A stretch of 63,983 nucleotides of DNA, the filler included, from Collodictyon triciliatum (Eukaryota), in NCBI GenBank assembly GCA_043381765.1. It is 6 parts of 6 records of this genome, joined end to end, with 100 filler letters (N's around TTAATTAATTAA, not from the genome) between each part and the next. Parts side by side here need not be neighbours in the genome. Positions count along the whole stretch, not along the records: positions 23,917 to 35,765 come from JBHJMP010002295.1; positions 35,866 to 47,712 come from JBHJMP010002296.1; 4 more parts are not named here. The stretch is one strand, 5' to 3'. The notes under the pieces were generated by a model. That model did no database searches. It had not been told where the DNA came from and was given only the letters and a program-made list of their open reading frames with translations. This document shows, piece after piece, positions 29,648-44,549 of the stretch. Position 1 is the first letter of the stretch. Each line of letters begins with the position of its first letter. Made by a program: the position numbers and the translations under genes.

Positions 29648-32379
29648 TTAACAATAATAACATTGACAGATTTGGTCAGTTACTTGAGTGTGCTGCTGCT
29701 GTTAATAGCTGGGCTCTTGGCTGGTGGCTCCACAGGCGATTTGGACTGTCGGCGAAGATATGACAGAAATTGCATGTACGGTTATGAAACATAAAAAAAA
29801 ATAATGAAATATATTGAATCTTTGTCGGAATGAAAAGAGGATGTATCGAGATTATCGACGGCGCATACGGAAAGGCGGTCCGGTGTTTTGTGGCCGGAAG
29901 ATGCGGATTGATGTCTGGTAGAGTTGTGGTGGAAACGAGACAAAATTTTGATTAGAACATGCAGATTATGGAAGAAAAATGTTAAAATGAATAAATTAGA
30001 ATATGCTCGATTCACACATGAATCCATAACTTTGACACTTACACTTCACTCTGTTTCATTCAGAAGGTGGCATTTGGGAGCGAATAAAAGAAAATAATGA
30101 ATATATATTCTTAGTGATTAGGGTGTGTGTTTCTGATATGTATGAGTTAATTTCAAACAAGAAAAAAAATCCACAAGTAATGCGATTTGATATATGGTTT
30201 AGGTAATCGTGAAACCGGCTCGGGTGTCTCTGCCAGAATAGACGAGCTGATATGTCGATGAAAAGAAAAAAAAGGAAAAAAAAACATTTAGACATATGGA
30301 GAGATAGTTGTCTCTTTATCAACTTTATGAAGAAGGTTTGCTTGATTAATAAAATTTGATGCAAACCTTGATTTCACGACTTTGTTTTCTCCTGACTGTT
30401 GTCCGTTTTCCTGAGTCTTTGTAATTTTTTTCAATTATGCTTTAACACACCAAATAAATTGTAATCGGATGAATGAATGTATTATTGCGCTTATAACAAT
30501 ACATTTGGAAAGGAAGGATACCTTTTTTCCACTATCACAACTTCTACAAATAGGGAATCAAAGTTAGTAGTCGAGTCATCGATGATGTGGTGTATTTTCA
30601 TGTATGCTTGGGATTCATCTGTTGAAAAGTCCCTACATGTCCGGCTCTGCCCTAGATTTTGCTTCCTCTGCATCTGCAGGGTTAGATTGCTCCTTGGCAC
30701 TTTCTTCTACCAGAATCCTAGCCGAACTAGCATTAGCAGCGTTTGTTGTACTGCGGCTAAGTCGTCTCTTTTGAATATCGTCCACCTTAATTGCATAAAA
30801 ACATAAATGCCATGAACAGAGGATGATAAAGACAACGACTATGCAAATAAACAAATATTTCTACTTTGATGAGAAAAATTCAAGCTGTTATAACATTGTT
30901 GGCTCAATTTCTATTAAAAGCAAAAAAAAAAAAAACCCTTCATTAATCGGATAATAAAAAAAAAATATAAATTGATTAAAAGAAGAAGTACGGTTGGGTG
31001 GAAGCTTACCTGCTTCAAGGATTGTGATGTAATGACACTTCTTCGTCTATACAGCTCTTTCTCCTTCTCAGCAGACAAATGACCTTCTGGGAAATCATGT
31101 AAATGCGCCTCAATCATCAATCATCAATCATCAATCATCAATAACTAATATATCAATAAGGAGATCGATTAATGACATTACTGATAACACTTTGGTCTAA
31201 CCTTTCGATTCTGTGCCAGAACTGGATGAAGCCTCCTTGTTCTCAGGCTTGAGCTCCACTTTTGTGTCTGGTTTATCTGCTTCGGATTCTCCACCGTTCG
31301 CTCTGGGCTGTTCAACCTTTGGCGGGACCGTCAGATTCTTTTCCAAGATTTCTTGCCAGCGCTGTCTGTTCCCCAAAAGATTTTGGCACGTATCTTGCAA
31401 CCCCCGAACCATTATTGCGAGTGATGTGAAAAGCGGTGTTGCAATAAAGTCGATGAAATTCAACGTAGAGCGCGCCTAAATAAATAGCCAGGCTTACTTT
31501 TTGACGTACCATCCTTATTGATAAATGAATAGAGTGATTTTATATACAAAAGCAACATGGCATTATTTTTCAGCCTTAAACGCGTATTTACTTGATTCGA
31601 GTCTTCCCTGTCCATAAACGGAGAAACAGGTAGCCCGTAGGACTTTTCAAGGTCTCCCTATTAACAATTCGCGTGCTTAAAAGGCATGTATCATAAAACA
31701 CTTTATTCTTTTTCTCCTTGCAGAAGATAAGCACTAAAAAGAATTTACCTTACATAATTCCAACTAGTTTAAAACTTAATCTAAAAATATGAACCTGGCT
31801 AAAGAATTCGTCTCGAACGCGGTCAGACCAGACTTTGCCGATATCGAACGGCTTCGTTACATTCGAAATATCCGCACAATGCAACATAACAGCGCACAGG
31901 AAATCCCTAATTATTTTTTAAATAATAGGAAGGTTTTGATACTATGTTGAACAGAGAATATTAATTTTAGAGGATTATTAAAAAAAAAAATCATATGGAT
32001 AAAAGAAGAAATCGAGTTTATGAAATTTGTAGATAAACTGTGTTGCTTGCTTTTATGTCAGATATTGAAAAAATAAAAAGGGAGTAATGGGATACAGAGT
32101 TATTGAATTAGTCTATGCCTGTCTTCCTTCTTTTCTGGAGACAAAACAATCTCCTCAGTTTCAGCCTTTAGATTATTTGTGAGTCTTGACAGCCTAAAGT
32201 TTATCTTTGATACGGATGTTTTATTTTTTTTAAAATTATTTACCTTTTTTGATAATTGGGATAGTTTGGCAGTCATTTCAAAATGCTTGGCCATGTCAGT
32301 CGAAAGTATCATATTCAGAATGTTTTTTCTCGCCTGTATATTTTTAAGGATAATCGATGATTCGATAAGTATACCCTGT

Positions 32380-32454
<75 letters not shown>

Positions 32455-35400
32455 AATTTTTCATGACGTTGTGAACTTTCTAATGAAATGGTAGTGTTTG
32501 TAAGCAAAAAAAAAAAAAAAATTGCAGTTGACGATGCCAGCGTATACCAATATCTGAAATATGGTAGGCAAAGCTCGATTAATAATTTACATCTTTGAAC
32601 TGGGTAGTTGTCAGCCCTTGGAGAATATTTGTATTCTTGGGATGCAAATCATATTCGCCGCTCCGCTTCTTGTTCAAATACTCGATGTAGTATCCTGAAT
32701 GAATTTTACATGAGTGTGTTTTTGGAAAGACAAACTTCAGAAGGAAAGCACTTGCTATTGATGGAGCGTATTTACTTCCTTGTACAGTTAATAAGGTCGA
32801 ATTTAAACCTGGATTTTTTGATATCTCTTCAAGTGGGTATTCATAACGCCTCATAATTTCGAACGTTTTTGCTGCATGGTGGCTTTCTAGAACCGAGACA
32901 TCATTGTAAACTCGAGCCAGCTCGGTTTGTGTGCTTATTTGGAATGCGTTGTTCTGAGTTTATATTTGGATAAGATGGTATTAAAAAAAATAAGGCTCAT
33001 AAATGTCACTCATTCGGACTCATAAATAAATAAACTTTCATTATTGTGTATATTTTGTCAATTAGAAAATCTATATTTTTTTTTGTTGATTTATATTATT
33101 TATGTGTATCTGTTTACTTTAAGGAAATAATAGTATGAAGAGTTTGCATGAATTGCCAACAAACCTGCCCCGGATGACCAACATCATGCGAAATGGCGGA
33201 CACCATCAAAGCAAGAACATCGAGTGGCTGCAAAATTTCTCTATAAATTTAACAATTTGTATTTGTTAACTTGCTTATTTTTTTATTTATTTGGTTGGTT
33301 GGTTGATGGCTTGACTAAATTGACAATTTTACATTCAAATATAAAATATATAAAAGAGTTTGGATGAAATGAATTGAAAAATGTGTATGCTCTATTGTGC
33401 AGGTATTAACCTAGCATTTGTCCGCGTTATATAATAATACACAGTTTGCGAAACGTCGACAGCATGAAAAAAGTTGTGATAAGGATTATCCCGGTATCTA
33501 TTTTATGCAAAACAAATAAAGAACATTACAGAAATCATATTAGATTAAGATTTAGCCATGAAAATAGTGGCACATGTTGAGAGGTGATGTTTCATAACGG
33601 AATTTTGTTATAAGATACGCAAGTTTATAAATAAAGTGTAGAAGAACTACTCCAGGGCCATATGATCGATGAAGTTGGACAGTGTGCTCGGCTTTATCAT
33701 GAAAGTTTTTAACAGGTCCAAATCCTAATTACGTATGTAACGAACCAAATGATTAAAAAAAAATAGAGAAACGACGAAACTCGGCAGATTAAAAAATATA
33801 CGTAATATCTATTTTTTATGAGATGATGAAACAAACCTCAAACATATAAATGATACATTTTTTAAGCTCATCGACACTCTTCGAGAACAAGTCGAAATGC
33901 TCGCTTCGTAAAACGGTCAAAATATCTACAGGAACTTGAGGCCGAATTTCCGTGCAAAACGACATAGAGAACAGCTTTCTTCTGCTTTTCATGAGGCTGT
34001 AGGACGTTCTATTGATGTATGTATTAAAAAAAAAAAAGGATCAAAATCGTATTCCATATTTTCTCACAGCTAATGTATTTTTTTTGTTTGATTGACTTAA
34101 AGTGACAGTTATGGGGTTCTACTGCTTAAAAATATTTATATAAAAAATTACTTGAGTGCTTGCATCGCTTTATTGGGCATCGGATTCCCTTTGAGACGCA
34201 CATACGTAATTTTCAATTTTGGTTTGTGAGGGAATTGCATGTTCACAAAAGGGGATACTTCAATTCATTAAAAAAAAAAAATGATGATGAGATGAAAAGA
34301 CCTTTCTCTACTGCAGGTTTTTCTAAGGAATCCTGATCAGGCTTTTCTGCATCTACTTTTGGTTGCACATCTGGCGACTTTACGGCCTCTTTTACATCAG
34401 ATTCCCTTGTTGGAGCAAAACAAGAAAGATATATCAATGTATGAAAGTTCGTTCGATAACTGCGTGCTTCGCATATGGAAATAATGGATATCACATACGT
34501 GGCTTTCGGTGTCCCTATATCGTCTATGACTTCAACATTTTTCTCTCTTTGATTGTTTCCCTCATCACCATTCCCTAGAACTTTTATCTCTTCATCTTTT
34601 TTCTCCCCTGAGTCGCTTGGGTTTGACTGGGCAGTTGTCTCTGTGCTCTGGTGAGCACTTCGCGCACTGAGTGGAGCAATCGCAATAGTTATTTCTGCAC
34701 CTTCAGACTGGTAGAATACAGGGAAAATAATTCCAAAATCATGATGAGCAATTATAAAACTCAACCATGATAATTTATACATGATATAACAAGAAAAAAT
34801 CGTGGCTTGAGGAAAATATGGCGACCTTCTTTGATATAAATGTAAATGTGGACGGTATGTTTCTTTCTACAAAAAGAACGGTCGTTTGCATGTGAGGAAC
34901 TAATCAGAACATGATTGGGTAAATACCTCATCCTTGTACTCCTCTTTGATATTTGGAAGGATTGCAGATGGCATTAGAGTGTTTGAGCCGAACTTTGCAA
35001 CTTCTGTGGGTATATCTATGGTGACCTATGTTATGGCATTAGTTGTACTCGCTTTTTAATTTATGGGAGGGTTAGGACAGATGGTGGCACAGTCGCATTA
35101 AATACCTCTGTTTCATCGGAAAGTCAAAACCTCCCACCATCTTGCACAAAATTGAAAGGAAGAATAAATAATAATAAAAACCTCTGTTTCATCTTCTTCA
35201 TCACTATCAGAATCAACAGTATTGTGGCCGGGGTTTACGAACTCAGTTGCGAGCCAGTTCTGCGTCATATGGTCCAATTCTGTGTCCTGGATGAAAATTA
35301 TTGAATGATAAGATGTAGATGTATGAAAATGCAGTGGAATATTATTGTTATTGTGCCATTCAAAAAGGGAGTGTACAGAACGAATTTAGAATATGTGAAC

Positions 35401-35600
35401 ATGCTAATGTTTCTTTGATCCGGTAACATAATGAGAAAGCGGATGGTCTATCTTCGACTTGCTGCAATTACTTTGACTATGGAATTGGCCAGTTCGGATG
35501 TCTTTATCTCATTCTTTTTTAACTCAGCATCTAAAATCTTTCTTTGAACAGCGAGCTGTCCATTTAATGTGAAGATGCGTACGCGAAGTCCCGAAATAGT
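28419..35600 (-). CDS. Class I 3',5'-cyclic nucleotide phosphodiesterase, many exons, 5'-partial, long low-complexity C-tail
   Basis: Minus-strand exons encode YHNFFHAVDV, SAISHDVGHPG, ELARVYNDVSVLESHH, MILSTDMAKHF, LHCADISNVTKPF...EFFSQ|GDLEK, VSPFMDR and NFIDFIATPLF. The last exon ends MLPPLRNTTRAKPSNGL* at 28419. Confidence 0.93.
35104..35193 (+). mobile_element. 5'-truncated family A retroelement 3' end with 14-bp TSD, antisense within the PDE gene at an exon/intron junction
   Basis: ACCTCTGTTTCATC is duplicated at 35104-35117 and 35180-35193 around ...CACCATCTTGCACAAAATTGAAAGGAAGAATAAATAATAATAAAA. Confidence 0.9.
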
Positions 35601-35666
35601 CTGATTTCATCGTTGGCATTAAGTCAATAATTAAAAATATGGACAACGCAAATATTTTAGCTTTAC

Positions 35667-35765
<99 letters not shown>

Positions 35766-36120
35766 NNNNNNNNNNNNNNNNNNNNNNNNNNNNNNNNNNN
35801 NNNNNNNNNTTAATTAATTAANNNNNNNNNNNNNNNNNNNNNNNNNNNNNNNNNNNNNNNNNNNNCAAAAAAACAAAAAAACAAAAAAACAAAAAAACAA
35901 AAAACAAAAAACAAAAAACAAAAAACAAAAAACAAAAAACAAAAAACAAAAAACAAAAAACAAAAAACAAAAAACAAAAAAAACAAAAAACAAAAAACAA
36001 AGAAACTAAATGAAAACGAAAGCAAGACCTTATCTTTAATTTTTTCCCTCTCCTTTATTATGCGCTAGCATCTCCTGTCATTTCACTTATTTTTCGCAAC
36101 TATTAAACCACACCCTAGCC

Positions 36121-38070
36121 ATGAAAATTGGAGCTGTAGACTTCGAGAGGGCAGCTCCTTCGCTCGGAGATGACAAGGTGATCGCCTGGGACGATTGTGA
36201 GACCATGAAGGAGGACAAAGTCGGAGAATCATCCCAAGGCTGTGGGGAAAGCGACCAAGCTCAAGAAAAATCAAAAAGGACGAAAGTTTACGGCAATTGT
36301 GTCTCAGAGGATCAAAATCAAAGTAAACAGGGCGATGGAGAAGATAAAAAAAAAGAATGGATAGACAACAAGAGTTCTTTAGTGACTCTTTCAATTCGAA
36401 AAGAAACAAGAATTATAAGCAAGAGTAAGACAATATTCAACGAAATAGTAAAAAATCAGAACATACGAGAGAAACTTGCTCAATTTTACAAGAGCAAGGG
36501 ATTCTCTTTATTTGCAGCTTTTTCATGGATCCTTAACGACATAGTGGTGCTATCATATTGTTACCACAAGGAGATCATACCTACGGCTATATTTGCTCCT
36601 TTTCAGATAGCATATGCCGCAAACTTCTGCATTCTACACTCTATTTTCATACGTATTGATATTGTTCGAGAACTTTCGAAATCATTCAATTTTTGGTACA
36701 CGATTTGGAACTACATGTCGTTTCACATCTGCCTTATAGCACTATGGGGGGTCTCGTTGAAAACATTTTGCATCATGATACATTCCATGTCAAGTGTCAT
36801 GCTTTTAATATTATTTGATGCTCATGCTGCAAAAATAGTTACTACGATGAAGGTTGTCGTATTGATAGGAGTGGTATCTTACGTTCCGATAATACTCCTT
36901 CTGGTGCTTAAATTGGTAGAGTTCGAGACAGAAAAACTATACCTGGAGGGAGGCAACTATCAAATTGTCGACATCAGACTACAAGCCATAGACAATGCCA
37001 TGACGACAGTAATATATCTTCTACGCATTCTTTACATGCACACTATTAGAAAGACACCAAGTTCGATCGCATTTGTGTCGAGTTTTTATGAAATCGTGAA
37101 AGTTGGTTCAAAAAATATGACAAATAGCAGATGTGTTGTTCCTATGGAAAGGGAATCAGAGGCACATGAAATGCAATCTATTGTCTTGGGTCAAACAAAT
37201 GCTAATTTGAGGTCTTTCGTATCTCCAAATAATTCTAAGGATGTTTTAAGTGGCAAACCCAGTAACATAGAACCATCACAAGCAGCATCAAACGATCAAT
37301 CTCAGTTACCTGCTGCCCTTCCTGAACATTCTGACCTTGAAAATTATCTTGTCATTGGAATTACAGAGTCCAATACGATAACATATGACCTGAAACAAAC
37401 GGTTTTTCATAGATATATCAAAAACAGATATCCTGTGGTGTCGCGGATACTTCGATCGAAATATTACAACGCCTTTGGAATTCTGATTAATATATTGTCC
37501 ACAATTATATCCCTTCCACTATCTTCAGGCATTGAACTTGGCCACATAATCGAATACATAGGTACGGTCATTGTAAGCCTCGGAGTTGCTTACATTATCC
37601 TTCAAATTACAATCACATGTAATTTTTTCATGTTTAGGCATATGGCCAACTCATTTGACTTTTGGTTTGTCATGTTTTTGGTCATGAAAGCGTTTCTTTC
37701 CTCAGGAATTTTGTGTCAATGGGATTCAAGAATGATGCATTGGTTTTTTATTGTACTTGCACTCGCTTGGTTTGTGATGATTGATACCTTTCATGTAAAT
37801 TATCGAAAATCTTCATACATTGCAATTTTTGGAATAACGTGGGGTATTATATCCACGATTTTCAGCAAGATTAATTTTGGCCGCACCTTCGAGCGAGACA
37901 GATTCATTTACTTCAGAGGGGTGCAAATCATTTCAGCTAAAATATCTCTAACAACGTCAACAATATCAGCCTGGGTGTTCTTTATACGTTTTCTTTGGAC
38001 ATATCACAGAAACAAAAATCGGATCTTATTCATCACAGAAAATATCAAAGTAGAGCCACTACTTTCGTAA
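36121..38070 (+). CDS. Intronless 649-aa polytopic membrane protein made of two homologous halves
   Basis: Single ORF with two multi-TM blocks sharing motifs (VRELSKSFNFWY / FRHMANSFDFWF; ILFDA / VMIDT; IYLLRILY / VFFIRFLW), separated by a Ser/Asn-rich linker. Confidence 0.85.
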   Translation: MKIGAVDFERAAPSLGDDKVIAWDDCETMKEDKVGESSQGCGESDQAQEKSKRTKVYGNCVSEDQNQSKQGDGEDKKKEWIDNKSSLVTLSIRKETRIISKSKTIFNEIVKNQNIREKLAQFYKSKGFSLFAAFSWILNDIVVLSYCYHKEIIPTAIFAPFQIAYAANFCILHSIFIRIDIVRELSKSFNFWYTIWNYMSFHICLIALWGVSLKTFCIMIHSMSSVMLLILFDAHAAKIVTTMKVVVLIGVVSYVPIILLLVLKLVEFETEKLYLEGGNYQIVDIRLQAIDNAMTTVIYLLRILYMHTIRKTPSSIAFVSSFYEIVKVGSKNMTNSRCVVPMERESEAHEMQSIVLGQTNANLRSFVSPNNSKDVLSGKPSNIEPSQAASNDQSQLPAALPEHSDLENYLVIGITESNTITYDLKQTVFHRYIKNRYPVVSRILRSKYYNAFGILINILSTIISLPLSSGIELGHIIEYIGTVIVSLGVAYIILQITITCNFFMFRHMANSFDFWFVMFLVMKAFLSSGILCQWDSRMMHWFFIVLALAWFVMIDTFHVNYRKSSYIAIFGITWGIISTIFSKINFGRTFERDRFIYFRGVQIISAKISLTTSTISAWVFFIRFLWTYHRNKNRILFITENIKVEPLLS

Positions 38071-38835
38071 ACGTTTCTTTCAAATTATTAAAAAAAAATT
38101 CCCATAAAAACCCACCACCACTTTTTTCTTTTTCGATTCATTCTAGTCCAAATTATTCGATTTTTTTTTTTCAAGAATGGGCTCTAAAAGACAATCCACT
38201 TTTGATTTTTCTGTCCTTTCAAATTCAAAGTATCTCAATTTGTTTTCATGAATCATTTTTTTCGCCAATTGATTCACAGTCACGAAAGCTGATTAGTTTT
38301 TTTCTTTTTCCGTTNNNNNNNNNNNNNNNNNNNNNNNNNNNNNNNNNNNNNNNNNNNNNNNNNNNNNNNNNNNNNNNNNNNNNNNNNNNNNNNNNNNNNN
38401 NNNNNNNNNNNNNNNNNNNNNNNNNNNNNNNNNNNNNNNNNNNNNNNNNNNNNNNNNNNNNNNNNNNNNNNNNNNNNNNNNNNNNNNNNNNNNNNNNNNN
38501 NNNNNNNNNNNNNNNNNNNNNNNNNNNNNNNNNNNNNNNNNNNNNNNNNNNNNNNNNNNNNNNNNNNNNNNNNNNNNNNNNNNNNNNNNNNNNNNNNNNN
38601 NNNNNNNNNNNNNNNNNNNNNNNNNNNNNNNNNNNNNNNNNNNNNNNNNNNNNNNNNNNNNNNNNNNNNNNNNNNNNNNNNNNNNNNNNNNNNNNNNNNN
38701 NNNNNNNNNNNNNNNNNNNNNNNNNNNNNNNNNNNNNNNNNNNNNNNNNNNNNNNNNNNNNNNNNNNNNNNNNNNNNNNNNNNNNNNNNNNNNNNNNNNN
38801 NNNNNNNNNNNNNNNNNNNNNNNNNNNNNNNNNNN

Positions 38836-42416
<3,581 letters not shown>

Positions 42417-42430
42417 ACCAAAGACACGGC

Positions 42431-43330
42431 ATGAGCGGCACACCGCCCGCCGAACACGCGATCCTGCAGATCAGCGACGACGACAACGACGACGACAACG
42501 ACCGCGACCGCCTCAACGACGAGGACAGCACGGCAGGGGAGAGCAGCGAATGCCGGATCTGCCGGGAGGGCGGGGGCGCGGCGGGGCCGCTGGTGAGCGC
42601 GTGCGAGTGCCGGGGCAGCGTGGGGCGGGTGCATCTCGAGTGCCTGGGGCGGTGGCTGGAGCTGCGGCCGGTGGAGGCGGGTGCGGGTGCGGGTGCGGGT
42701 GCGGAGGGGCGGCCGCGGTGCGAGGTGTGCCGGGGGGCGTACCGGGTGAGCTACGCGCGTGCGCAGGGGCAGGGGCAGGGGCAGGGGCAGGGGCAGGCGT
42801 GGGCGTGGGCGAGGACCGCGGCCGGGTGGCGGGCGTGTGGGGAGGCTGCGTGCCTGGTGGCCACGGCCCCCGCCCTGCTGCTGCACGCGCGCCTCATCGA
42901 CCGCACAGACCCGCCCGCCCTGCCCACGCGCGTGCTGCTGGGCGTCCTGGCCTTTGCCGTCTTCCTGGCCCTGCCTGCCGCCCTGCGCTCCATCCACGCC
43001 CGCTGCCGCGCCGCCCACGCCGCCCCCGCCGCCCTCGTCCTCACGCTCCTCCCACAGACGCAGACGGAGGCGGAGGCGGAGGCGGTGACCCCCCCACACG
43101 CGCAGGCGCCGTTCCCCCCCGCACGCGCCGCCCTCGCGCTGCTGCTCCTCGCCGGCACCCTCGCCGCGTACATCTCCCTCTGGGCCGCCCTTGAGACCCG
43201 CGCCGCCCCCCACACCGCCGTCCCTGTCCTGCTCCTCGCCGCCGTCGCCGCCGCAGTCGTCTCCTGCCTCGCCGCCCTGCTCCTCCGCCTCGCTGCCCGC
43301 CGCACGACTCCCCCCGACGCCCTGAATTAA
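42431..43330 (+). CDS. MARCH-type RING-CH (RINGv) membrane E3 ligase, intronless, very GC-rich
   Basis: CRICREGGGAAGPLVSACECRGSVGRVHLECLGRW...RCEVCR (C4HC3), followed by about 4 hydrophobic segments. Confidence 0.9.
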   Translation: MSGTPPAEHAILQISDDDNDDDNDRDRLNDEDSTAGESSECRICREGGGAAGPLVSACECRGSVGRVHLECLGRWLELRPVEAGAGAGAGAEGRPRCEVCRGAYRVSYARAQGQGQGQGQGQAWAWARTAAGWRACGEAACLVATAPALLLHARLIDRTDPPALPTRVLLGVLAFAVFLALPAALRSIHARCRAAHAAPAALVLTLLPQTQTEAEAEAVTPPHAQAPFPPARAALALLLLAGTLAAYISLWAALETRAAPHTAVPVLLLAAVAAAVVSCLAALLLRLAARRTTPPDALN

Positions 43331-43433
43331 CGCGCGGCCTTTATTGCGCCCTCCTCTTCTCGTCTCTTCCTCTTCTCATCTCGTCTCGTCTCGTCTCGTC
43401 TCTCCTCTGCGTCCCGGCAGCAATCGGGCAGCC

Positions 43434-43725
43434 TCACTGGTTGCTCTTCCATCCGCGTGACGGCAGCGGGCGTGTGCCGGGCAGCCGCTTCTGCACAGAC
43501 GTGCCTGTCAGTGGGGATGGTGGCGCGCATGGGTGTGTGGGTGGGTGTGGTTGATGGGTACGGTACCTCGAGGCTGGCAGACAGGCTCCACACAGGCGCT
43601 ATGATCGCGCCCACGGCGACGAACGCCACAAACGTGTTGCGCTTCCAGTTGCGCGGATTCACCCACCAGCCGCCTGCTGGCGACCACACGTGCTCGGGAT
43701 AAGGAAAGCGCGGTCCGCCGCCCAT
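43434..43725 (-). CDS. Mitochondrial complex I accessory subunit, NUUM/NDUFC1(KFYI)-like; exons 43725-43567 and 43490-43434
   Basis: MGGGPRFPYPEHVWSPAGGWWVNPRNWKRNT-TM-SLSASLE|KRLPGTRPLPSRGW resembles the fungal/plant VWSxxGG...WxxNT subunit. GT-AG intron; AATAAA on the minus strand near 43340. Confidence 0.85.
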
Positions 43726-44549
43726 GCTTGTGCTTCTCTCTGCGTGGTGTGTTTTGTTTTTTGTTTTTTGTTTTTTGTTTTTTGTTTTTTGTTTTTTGTT
43801 TTTTGTTTTTTGTTNNNNNTTTTTTGTTTTTTGTTTTTTGTTTTTTGTTTTTGTTTTTGTTTTGTTTTTGTTTCTGTTTTTTTTTGTTTTTTGTTTTTTG
43901 TTTTTTGTTTTTTGTTTTTTGCTTTTTGTTTTTTGNNNNNNNNNNNNNNNNNNNNNNNNNNNNNNNNNNNNNNNNNNNNNNNNNNNNNNNNNNNNNNNNN
44001 NNNNNNNNNNNNTTGTTTTTGTTTTTGTTTTTGTTTTTGTTTTTGTTTTTGTTTTTGTTTTTGTTTTTGTTTTTGTTTTTTGTTTTTTGTTTTTGTTTTT
44101 TATGGTGGTGGAATTTTAATGATGCGATCGTGACGAGGAGGAGAGGGAGTGGGCTTCCCTGGTTTACCTTTCTCTGTTCTTTTTTTCTTTTTTTGTTCAA
44201 CTTTCTTTTTGTTAACTTGGATTCACGATATGATTGCGCTGGATTTGATGAATTAAAAAACAAAAGTGGTTATGATGATTGGAACAAGATTCCAGAATTG
44301 TTATGAATTGCCAGGGGTTTTCTTTTGGTTTGTTTCTTGGCCGATTTTCCGAGGACAAAGGCCGAGAGGGAAAGAATAAAAAAAAAAAAAAAGAAGATAT
44401 CGAACCATTTATTCCGCTAGCATTCTTTACTTCCTTCTATTTATTCTTATTGGCACATTCAGTCAAAATCCAAGGCAACGCTGTCTTCTGACACGGTGTT
44501 TGGTGGACTGGAAGTCCGCTGCCGGGGCGGATTGGCGTGGGTGGCGGCA

